Below are positions 35,015 to 43,900 of a DNA stretch of 64,000 nucleotides, piece by piece. The stretch's first letter is position 1, and each line of letters starts with the position of its first letter. Below the pieces are notes generated by a model. It made no database searches. It had not been told where the DNA came from and saw only the letters and a program-made list of their open reading frames with translations. Source of the DNA: a virus (lineage: Duplodnaviria > Caudoviricetes); IMG/VR virus record IMGVR_UViG_3300011114_000269, positions 130 to 64,129 of that record; one strand, given 5' to 3'. Made by a program: the position numbers and the translations under genes.

Positions 35015-35314
35015 TTACACCTTTACTTTCAGCACATTATTAGCTGAAGTATCATAATAAATATCCCCCACCCGCAAATTGGCTAAATCTGTTTCTGTTG
35101 GTAGGCTTGGTGTAGTTGAAGTTCCCGTAGGGAAAAAGCTCAGGCCCGCAATAATGTCTGTGCCGTTGCGCTGTGTACTAGCCACCATTGGCCCTGCGTT
35201 ATCTAGCTGATTAAAGTAAATACGCAATACGTTCGCTAACTGGTTTATGAGCGCGGGATCGTATTGCTGCGTTGCGGCAGGTAAGCGAGGGGCTACTACG
35301 TTTTTCTGTGCCAT
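35015..35314 (-). CDS. Small tail-associated protein (MAQKNVVAPRLP...)
   Basis: Directly downstream of the nozzle-like gene. Confidence 0.6.
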   Translation of the reverse strand: MAQKNVVAPRLPAATQQYDPALINQLANVLRIYFNQLDNAGPMVASTQRNGTDIIAGLSFFPTGTSTTPSLPTETDLANLRVGDIYYDTSANNVLKVKV

Positions 35315-35315
35315 G

Positions 35316-37658
35316 TTAACGCCTGCCATCCGCTCTAATGTCAATACGCGGAGCGCCAAGCTGCCATTGCGTACCGAGGGTATTAGATGTGATCTGCATC
35401 TGCATCTGACGACCACGAATTCTGATATACACCTGACCCGTGAACTGATCGACGTTAATCACCGAGGGGGTTGTCCCGTTATATGTGACCCCCGCATTTC
35501 CTGATTGCGTGATGCCCGAACCTGAGTTGTTTAAACCTTGTAGGGCCATAGTGACTGCCGGTGTTGTTCCGCCAGTCGATCCCCGGAAAGTCAAGTCAGG
35601 AATCATGCGGTACACAAACGCAAAGTTGTGACCATCCCCAATGTCGTATTGGGAAGATGTGATGGTTGCAGTAATGGCTGTTGCTGGGGATAGCGTTCCG
35701 TCATCTACACCATTTTCATGCTCAACGATGTTATAGCTGTAAGTGGCTGCAATGGGGTAATTACGCAGACCGGTATCTAACCAAGCTGTACGCCCCATTG
35801 TTCCATACTGCCAAAGGTCTTCTGTATAGTTATAGATAACATACTTGTCTACAGTATTGCTTGCCTCAGAACAATAAAAGAACCAGACCTCATTAAACCC
35901 CTCGTTGGTACTTGCAAATACTTGATCGGATTGTAGTAAGTTTATGTCGCTGTAAATAAACTGGCGTAAATCGCAACGCAAAGTCTGAACTCTACCATCG
36001 TATTTATAAAACTTATCTACTCCCATCCAGTAGCTAATACCGGAAGCCATAGCTGCGGCGTTAGGGCCAATTATGGAAATATTATCTGCAAGAAGCTGAG
36101 TACCCCAAACATACGGTGGGCCAAGATACTGCAATGAATACAAAGATGAATCTGTCCAAACAACAATCTCTTGGCGGCTTTGTAAGGTTGTTACGATTTT
36201 TGAGCCGTGGGACAAACGCACACTACCGGCCTGATTGGTAATTGCTGGATACCATGTGGTCAAAGACTCTTGATCCGACCATCGAATAAGCATGGGGTCA
36301 ACTATCGTACTGCCATAGTCATTTGTGCCAAACACAATTAAGAACCGGCTGGCATCGGACACGGTAAACGTGTTTTGGTACAGCGGGCAAGAGCCGTCAG
36401 ACCCAGCAAGGCTAGACAACAAAATGCCCCGAGGGGAAACAACTTGTGTACCTGACTGCGTACCGGAAGTATTAATGGTCGTTGATAGGGTATAGGTAAG
36501 ACCTGTTGGAGTGCCCGCAGTGGTTGTAACGCCGGAACCCCCCGCAGTGGTGGACAGGGTAAATGTTGTGGAGTTGTTAGTGGCAATGATGTAGTACGTA
36601 GTGGGATTTACATATCCCGTAATAGACCCAGTACCGCCATATGCGCCACTAATTGTGAGGGACTGCCCAACTGCCAAAGGCGTACTTGAAGCGGTACAAC
36701 TAAACTGCCCTGCTATGCCTGTAATAACTACACCAGATAGCGTTGCGCTTGCAGTAGCTGATGTTGCTAAATTAAACGTGCTGGAAGTCAAATACTTAAC
36801 GTAGTACGTAACTCCCGGCAACAGCCCTGTTGGCAGCGCACCTGTTGTAGCCAGTGTAATCGGGGTTAAATCCGCAAAAATAACGGAAGCGCTTGAAACA
36901 ACGCACGGGGAAGCAATCGTCATTGTTACCGTTACGTTTTGATACCCTGTATTGGCATCCCAGTAATACAAAGGGTAGCCACGAGGGCCGTAGACTAAAT
37001 CTTCACCCCAGTTAATCTGGTTCCAAATACGTATTGACTCTGTGGAAGGACTAGTAACACCCCATGTGCCAGAGCCCCAAGTGTTTGCGCCCCAGCCGGA
37101 CAATGGAACTTCGTAGGACGGCCCTGTATTAATCTGATAGACGGCATAAACTGTACCCCCACCAGTAGCGGCTGTTGCTGCTGCTGAAATGGTGATGTTG
37201 TAGGTGTTAACGCTAAGCACCGTTATCTGGTACTCCCCCAAAATGGTTTGCCCGCCAACAGCAGTGCTGCCGTAGAAGGTTACATAATCACCATTGACAG
37301 CTAAATTTAGTGCATCCGTCACCAACACTGTGGTTGTGCCGTTAGTAGTAAACGGGTTAGTTAGGGTACGTTCTGTACGAATTGGGGTAACGTCATAGTA
37401 CGCTCCGCCGCTTTCAATATAGAACTTTGAGGATGTGCCCACCCCTAGTAAATTTAAAGCCCTTAGCGTCACCCAATTCCATAAGGAACGACATACACCA
37501 AGAAATGTTGCCGCTGAAATCCGCTGCCAGCCGCCAATCTTCTCGGGCGTGCCTTGACGAAAACGCACCTTATCGGACTCATACCAGCCCCCCTCATTGG
37601 TGTACCGAGTGTTTTCCCGGTTAACTCCCGGCTTGAGCATCAGTTTTTGTAAGGGCAT
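35316..37658 (-). CDS. Tail nozzle / packaged-DNA stabilisation protein (P22 gp10-like)
   Basis: KPGVNRENT, VRFRQGTPEKIGGW, IRWSDQE, terminal DGRR; beta-rich insertions. Confidence 0.7.
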   Translation of the reverse strand: MPLQKLMLKPGVNRENTRYTNEGGWYESDKVRFRQGTPEKIGGWQRISAATFLGVCRSLWNWVTLRALNLLGVGTSSKFYIESGGAYYDVTPIRTERTLTNPFTTNGTTTVLVTDALNLAVNGDYVTFYGSTAVGGQTILGEYQITVLSVNTYNITISAAATAATGGGTVYAVYQINTGPSYEVPLSGWGANTWGSGTWGVTSPSTESIRIWNQINWGEDLVYGPRGYPLYYWDANTGYQNVTVTMTIASPCVVSSASVIFADLTPITLATTGALPTGLLPGVTYYVKYLTSSTFNLATSATASATLSGVVITGIAGQFSCTASSTPLAVGQSLTISGAYGGTGSITGYVNPTTYYIIATNNSTTFTLSTTAGGSGVTTTAGTPTGLTYTLSTTINTSGTQSGTQVVSPRGILLSSLAGSDGSCPLYQNTFTVSDASRFLIVFGTNDYGSTIVDPMLIRWSDQESLTTWYPAITNQAGSVRLSHGSKIVTTLQSRQEIVVWTDSSLYSLQYLGPPYVWGTQLLADNISIIGPNAAAMASGISYWMGVDKFYKYDGRVQTLRCDLRQFIYSDINLLQSDQVFASTNEGFNEVWFFYCSEASNTVDKYVIYNYTEDLWQYGTMGRTAWLDTGLRNYPIAATYSYNIVEHENGVDDGTLSPATAITATITSSQYDIGDGHNFAFVYRMIPDLTFRGSTGGTTPAVTMALQGLNNSGSGITQSGNAGVTYNGTTPSVINVDQFTGQVYIRIRGRQMQMQITSNTLGTQWQLGAPRIDIRADGRR

Positions 37659-37664
37659 GGTACT

Positions 37665-38093
37665 TTAAGCGTAAGGGCGAGTCCCTGCTTTGTCAATAAT
37701 TAGCGTCTGGCCTCGGGGTTTACCCTTGGGGTCATTGGGTACGCTAATGTGCGTCCAGCGGTCAAACTCGCGGATTAACTGGTCAAAGGGTAGTTTAGCA
37801 GCTATCACCGCTTTTACAACATCATCGGGGGCCATGCCGGGTACACGAATATCAGCAGCGCAGCCGACCCGATGCTGGCTAGTGTCTTTACTGCCCACTG
37901 CATCATTTACTTGCTTGCTCCGAAACGCGCTGTTAACCATAACCGGCTTGCCGCCAATAGCGACTTTGACTTGCTCCAGCAGGTTTGCAACACGGACAAG
38001 ATTTGCTGTTTCAGTAGGGTTAGGTTCATTCTTAAACTCCCGGTGGTCGGTTACGGTTAGCTCTTCCAAAGTGAAATTCTTGGTCAAGTTCAT
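37665..38093 (-). CDS. Endolysin, peptidase M15A
   Basis: NSAFRS..VGSKDTSQHRVGCAADI..WTHIS. Confidence 0.88.
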   Translation of the reverse strand: MNLTKNFTLEELTVTDHREFKNEPNPTETANLVRVANLLEQVKVAIGGKPVMVNSAFRSKQVNDAVGSKDTSQHRVGCAADIRVPGMAPDDVVKAVIAAKLPFDQLIREFDRWTHISVPNDPKGKPRGQTLIIDKAGTRPYA

Positions 38094-38497
38094 TTTGCTG
38101 CCTTGTCTTGCAACTTCTCAACAGTACGCAGCCCGCCCAAACCCAGCATACCTAAGAGCAAAGGCATCATGGTTCCAGTGTCCATTTGGGGAAACTTCAC
38201 AGGGTGTCCAGCTAGGGTAGCGCCCCACTCAGCCAACGGGCCAATGACAAACTGCACAGCAAAACCCGCGCTACACACCCAGCCGATGCTTGGACGCCAT
38301 CCAGAAACCAAGATGCTGGAGCTTGCAGCCTCTACCTTGTTGATCTCCATCTGCCCCGCAAGCTGGGCCAACTCGCCAGACTGTTGCAGCTTCATCAGTT
38401 CCAGCTTGGCTGCGGCTTGCTGCGCAGGATCAGGGAAAACCCTATCTAGGACTTTGCCGCCGATGTCGAGCAGTGCGGATACGGGATCAAGGGCCAT
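38090..38497 (-). CDS. Holin (GTA 3TM-holin family)
   Basis: SGWRPSIGWVC; GMLGLGGLRTVEK; adjacent to the endolysin. Confidence 0.8.
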   Translation of the reverse strand: MALDPVSALLDIGGKVLDRVFPDPAQQAAAKLELMKLQQSGELAQLAGQMEINKVEAASSSILVSGWRPSIGWVCSAGFAVQFVIGPLAEWGATLAGHPVKFPQMDTGTMMPLLLGMLGLGGLRTVEKLQDKAAK

Positions 38498-38729
38498 TGG
38501 GCTTCTCCTCTTCAATGTGTGAGCCGACTTTGAGGCCAGAAAGCCAGCCGATCAATCCACCGATGATGGTCTGAAAAGCTGGGCCAATAATTTCAAAGAT
38601 CTTGGTGTTGTCCACTTCCTTGACAAACAAACCGTGGATCAAAGCCCAAATCAAGGAAAGTACAACCGCGCATAAGGTGGCGGTGACCATGTATGTAACG
38701 ACAGAAACTAGCTTATCCTTTTCGTTCAT
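38487..38729 (-). CDS. Two-TM membrane protein of the lysis module
   Basis: Two hydrophobic helices; GPAFQTIIGG. Confidence 0.65.
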   Translation of the reverse strand: MNEKDKLVSVVTYMVTATLCAVVLSLIWALIHGLFVKEVDNTKIFEIIGPAFQTIIGGLIGWLSGLKVGSHIEEEKPNGP

Positions 38730-39043
38730 TTTGTTTTCTCCATGATCTTTGCGCGAAGCAAAGGACTGTCTGATGTACCTGCCCATTCGGGCAAGGAGTT
38801 CCAAATTAGGACGTAATCGTCCGCGCTGCATTTTGTCCTATCCAGCCATGCCAGCATAGCTTTGTGTCGGTCTGCCGGGTCGTGTATCGTTAAACCAATA
38901 ACGTACAGTTCTTGTACCGCGCAGCCTACCTGCTTGGGACTGGGCGGCGGTTTTGGTAACGGAGGCGGGCCATTGGATAGGATTAGTTTGTCCCCTGCCG
39001 AGGCTGCTGAAAACAGCAGCACAAAAACCAGAAACAAACGCAT
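38726..39043 (-). CDS. Exported protein of the lysis module
   Basis: Signal peptide; WNSLPEWAGTSDS. Confidence 0.55.
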   Translation of the reverse strand: MRLFLVFVLLFSAASAGDKLILSNGPPPLPKPPPSPKQVGCAVQELYVIGLTIHDPADRHKAMLAWLDRTKCSADDYVLIWNSLPEWAGTSDSPLLRAKIMEKTK

Positions 39044-39050
39044 ACATGGG

Positions 39051-39263
39051 CTACATCCCTGCCGCTTGCAAAGGTGAAAGGTCTTGCGTAGTCCAGTACG
39101 TTTTTGCAAGCATAATTTGTAGATGTTCCTTATTTCTGGATAACGTTTTAACCCATTCTTCGTCAGACATCATTTCCGGCTTACCTGCGTTAATTAGATT
39201 TACGCTATTTATTGCTGCGCTGTAGTGCTTGGCAATTTGTGCTTCTGTTATTTCCATTTTCAA
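39051..39263 (-). CDS. Tail-fibre-associated small protein
   Basis: Follows the fibre gene; RNKEHLQIML. Confidence 0.6.
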   Translation of the reverse strand: MKMEITEAQIAKHYSAAINSVNLINAGKPEMMSDEEWVKTLSRNKEHLQIMLAKTYWTTQDLSPLQAAGM

Positions 39264-40897
39264 ACTCCTTTAGCTTCGAGTTGCGCTACACGGGCAGTCA
39301 ACTCTTTGACCGCGTTAATTAAGTACCAAGTTAACGGTGCGGTATCTACCGTCATTACCCCGGTGGTTTCTGTTTTGACGCACTCAGGTGCAACTTTTTG
39401 CAGTTCTTGGGCAACGATCCCCAGTTGAACTCCGGTTTTTGCAATAGCTTGGTCTTGCGGTACTTCAGTAATTTCTTCTGGTAAACGGTACTCGTAGTTG
39501 CGCACTTGGATTTGGTTGATGATGCCCAACCCAGTGTTGTTGTCAACAATGTTTTTCTTGAGGCGTTGATCTGAAGTAGTTGACCAAGATGCGGAATTGT
39601 TGCCTTGGTATACGCCGCTACTTGCGTTGATATAACCAGTGTTTGATCCTTTACCTGTAGTAGATGCTGTGCATACAATAATTTCTCCCGTAACCGCCGC
39701 GCTTGATTGGTTAGCTAAATAACCCAAATAAGTGTTGTTACTGCCCGTTGTTATGCCATACCCCGCTCTATATCCTACGCTCGTGTTGTTTGAAGCGGTG
39801 CTTACATTACCAAGTGCTTCTTGTCCAACGGCGGTGTTTTTGCTGCCGGTATCATTTAAGACAAGAGCCAAGTAACCAAAAGCAGAATTATTTGAACCTG
39901 TAGTATTAGTGGCAAGTGCGGTATACCCACTGGCTGTGTTACTGCTGCCTGTGGTGTTGCTTGTAAGTGATTGGTATCCACTAGCGGTATTTTGTATACC
40001 TGTGGTGTTAGCTGTGAGCGCAATAACCCCAACGGCGGTATTAGATGACCCCGAGAGGTTTGCTTGAAGCGCCGACGACCCGATGGCAATGTTGTTGTTG
40101 CCCGTGGTATTGGTTGTAAGTGCGCTAACCCCAATGGCAACATTATCAACGCCTGAAGTGCTGCTTAGAAGTGCATTTGTTCCAATGGCAACGTTACTAA
40201 CGCCTATGGTATTACTTTGAAGTGCAGCCTGCCCAATGGCAACATTATCCGACCCTGTGGTATTGCTATTTAAAGCAAGATTTCCTAAAACAGTATTGCT
40301 TAATGCCGCGCCTGCGCCACGGCCTACTCTAATACCATAAACAGTTAGGTCAGCCCCGCTGTACAAAAGATTTGCGGAGCTAGTCTCAAGGCCTCCAGTG
40401 GTGGTATACACCACACGGCCTGTAGTCAAGCCTGAGTTGGTGATAGAGCTAAATGTGCCCGCGCCGCCAAATGAGTTGGATATTTTAACGTAGTCAGAGC
40501 CGTTCCAAAAGACATGGGACTTCTCGCCGTTAACCATCGTAACGCCGCTGGTAGCCGCGCCTTTAACCGTCAAGGCAAATCCGCCAGTGGTGTTGTTGTT
40601 GATGACGTACTGACGGCTGCTGCTAGGTAGGATCAGGTTACGCGCTGCGGTCATAGCACCGCTGACGTTCAGGATGGCGTACTGCGCCGTGGTTGAGCTA
40701 ATATTGGTTGCTAAGCTGTCCCCCTGCGTAATTGAGAGCGTAACATCCGTTGTGGTAATGGCAATGGACAAACCGCCCGCAATGGCAATGTCCAAGTAAG
40801 ATGTAACGGAGTTGTTTACATCATCACCCCAAGTGCCAGACTCTGTGCCGGTTACCGGCTGTCCAAGGGCTAAGTTGGTTGTGTAATTGACTGTCAT
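39260..40897 (-). CDS. Tail fibre with beta-repeats and peptidase S74 intramolecular chaperone
   Basis: 14-aa NTTGxxNxAxGxxAL repeats; SDQRLKKNI; GIVAQEL. Confidence 0.88.
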   Translation of the reverse strand: MTVNYTTNLALGQPVTGTESGTWGDDVNNSVTSYLDIAIAGGLSIAITTTDVTLSITQGDSLATNISSTTAQYAILNVSGAMTAARNLILPSSSRQYVINNNTTGGFALTVKGAATSGVTMVNGEKSHVFWNGSDYVKISNSFGGAGTFSSITNSGLTTGRVVYTTTGGLETSSANLLYSGADLTVYGIRVGRGAGAALSNTVLGNLALNSNTTGSDNVAIGQAALQSNTIGVSNVAIGTNALLSSTSGVDNVAIGVSALTTNTTGNNNIAIGSSALQANLSGSSNTAVGVIALTANTTGIQNTASGYQSLTSNTTGSSNTASGYTALATNTTGSNNSAFGYLALVLNDTGSKNTAVGQEALGNVSTASNNTSVGYRAGYGITTGSNNTYLGYLANQSSAAVTGEIIVCTASTTGKGSNTGYINASSGVYQGNNSASWSTTSDQRLKKNIVDNNTGLGIINQIQVRNYEYRLPEEITEVPQDQAIAKTGVQLGIVAQELQKVAPECVKTETTGVMTVDTAPLTWYLINAVKELTARVAQLEAKGV

Positions 40898-40919
40898 AGT
40901 AGTTTCTCACTAATAAATA

Positions 40920-43900
40920 TTACGTTGACGTATCAACAAGCTGCCATGTGGTTGTTTGGGTATTGTTGACAAGTTGCCAGTCGGCATTTTGGGAGTCATT
41001 AATTAGTTGCCAGCTAACTGGGATGATAGTGCCAACAATACCCGATGCGCTGACCCCAGTCAACACCCTTGTAAGTGCTTGAGAAGTATCTACCGTACCA
41101 ACAGCGCCGCTTGCTCCAACGCCACTTATATCATAGCCCCGCCCATAACTTACAGTGCCTACTGCGCCCGATGCAGAGTTGCCAGTCAGCGCACGCGATA
41201 AAGCTTGAGAAGTGTTAATTGTTCCGGTAAATCCAGTAGCTAAATTACCTGTGATCGCTTTGGTAAATACCTGAGAAGTCGTGATTGTGCCGAGACTACC
41301 AGTGGCTGAAACACCTGTAACCGCAAAAGAAACTGTTTGGGAAGTAGTAATTGTTCCCACACCCCCGCTGGCAAAAACATTGGTAAGTGCTGGTGGCTGG
41401 ATACTGATTGTGCCCACGCCGCCTGTGGCAAAAACACCTGTTAATGCTTGCAGAAATTCTTGGGAAGTAGTAATTGTTCCCACACCACCGGAAGCTAAAA
41501 CTCCAGCTAATACTATTCCTGATACACCAGAGCTAAATATCCAGCCCAGAGATCCGTTGTTGGTTGAATTAGCCCCTGCGTACCAAGTGCTTGACAGGCT
41601 GTACGCACGAACACCAGTGATAGCCAAGTAATCAGGCGTTGTGACCGTTCCGCTTGACAGGATCAACGTTCCGGGGCTAGATGCCGATGTGCCTTGGATC
41701 GTCAGCACCTTGCCGCTAGTACCTGTGCCAGTGAATTGTGTCACCGTCTGAGTTGTTGTGCCAAGGGTAATGTTGGTTGCACCTGTTGCGCTGTAGGTAT
41801 TGGTGATGTTCTTGAAAGTGTTGTTGCCAGAGATGGTCAACGTACCCGCACCGCCTTGGTCAAGGGTGATGCCTGAGTAAGAGATGCCTCCACCAGCAAA
41901 GGTCTTGGCAGATGCAGATGTAAGGCTGATCGTGCCTGTGCCTGTAATTGTTAGCGAACTTGTCGCCGACCAAGGAGTTGTAAAACCGGCTATCGTCCAA
42001 AGCCCCGATCCAAGTGCTAATGTTCTGGAACCAGTTAAATCAGAACTCATGCGCGAGAATGTCGTACCAGATAATGTAACGTTGTAATTGTTGGCATTAA
42101 AAGTCCCTGCTACCAACCAAAAAGCAAGCGTGTCATCTCGACTCACTACCAAGGCATCTTGCAGGGTGACAGTTCCTCCTAAACTATTTATGGTTAAAGA
42201 TTGCGCAAAAGTCCTACCCGCACTTGTAATTGTCTGACTACCGCGCCCAGCAAATGTCAGCGTACCCGTACCTGTCAACGTAGTGCCTGTGCCGTTAACC
42301 CAGTTGCCGTAGATCGTAGGTGTAGTTGTTCCTGTAGCCAGCGTCATTGTGTTGCTGGTACGGGCGCTCATGTTGATGGTGCCGATGTTGTAATTAGCAT
42401 TGACCGTCACTGTGTTGCCGCTAGTCAACCCAGTTGCCTCAAATAACGCCGTGTCTTGTGCCAGTGGAAAGTTATTGACCGCTGGCGCACCGCCGCTAGT
42501 AGCAGCCCAGCCTACCGCGCTCCAGTTGCCACCAGCAGCGAGGTTCCAGTACCGAGTAACGCCAGCGCCAAACGTAATCCCGCTGTTGCCTTTAGCGTCA
42601 CCCAAGCGAGTACCAGACACGGGAGCAGCAGCACCAGCAATGGTGATGTCACGGAAGTCAGCGTCTGTTCCAGCAAATGCAGCGCAGGTTAGTGTGCGTG
42701 TTGTCCCAATGGTGTCTGACTGCAAGAATTGACGCATGGTGGCGTTGGTTCCAGCGGATATTGTCAATGTGCCGTTGATGGTTTGATTTGCTCCAAAGGA
42801 TACAACACTAACACCAGATGATGTTCGCCCAGCAGTTGTTAAATTATTAAATGTGTTTACGCCATTAATTGTAAAAGTTGTAAAATCTGCGGTTGTTGCG
42901 CTTGCATTATAAAATGTATTATTATTTCCATTAATTGTTACGGAAGTTAGAGAAGTAAAATTAATCTGAGATGTGCTTGCCGTAAACGTAAAATTAGCAC
43001 GTTGCGATTCAGTGCTTCCAAAACCAATTGGTGCGCTAGAAGAAAGGCTAACCGTTGAAGAGCCAAGGTTAATAGTTATAGTGTGCGCTGAATTTGTATT
43101 TATTGTGCCAGCGGTAAAATTATAGGTAGCAAGACTAAAGGAACCATTTGTTACGGTTAATGTTGATGACCCTATGTCCAACGCGCTGCCAAGCGTCCAT
43201 CCACAACCAACACCGTTAACCGTAGTAGCAGAAGCCAGCGTCACGCCATTAGTCGTAAACGTCCTACCAGTAGACGATCCACTTAGCGTAATAGCGCCCG
43301 TGTAAGAACGGGTAATGCCCGTAGCAGCAAAGCTCACGTTGCCGTGGATAGCCAATGGCGCAGTGCCAGCAAAAGTCACGTTGCCCGTAGCAGGGCCAGC
43401 CATCGTTAATGCAGCGCAGCGAAGCTGTGTGGCTGTGCAAGTGACCGTGTAAGCCGTGGCGTTGGATAGCGAGTCAAACACCACCGCATCCGCAGATGTA
43501 GGCACAGAAGCCCCGCTAACGCCACCAGAGGTGGTTGACCAGTTGGTTGTAGTCGTTGCATCCCATGTGCCTGTACCGCCACGCCAGTAGCGCGTTACAG
43601 CAGCAGGAGCAGCGGTCAGGATGGCGTTAGTTCCGCCAGTGGAGTTAGCGCCAGCATAAAACTCGCCGGGGCTTGTAGCGCTGATTACGGTTGTGCCAAG
43701 GGCAAGGTAGTCCACACCAGATACCCGTGCGCCAGCAACAGTCATTGTTGTTGAACCACCAACGGTTACTACGTTACCTACTGTTCCAGTGACTGTCCAA
43801 GCACCAACAGTCATTGTCCCACCAGCATCAAGCGTAATAGTGTGAGCAACGGTCTTGGTGGAAGCAAGCTCTGTGAATTGGTTGTTGCCGGTGATGGATG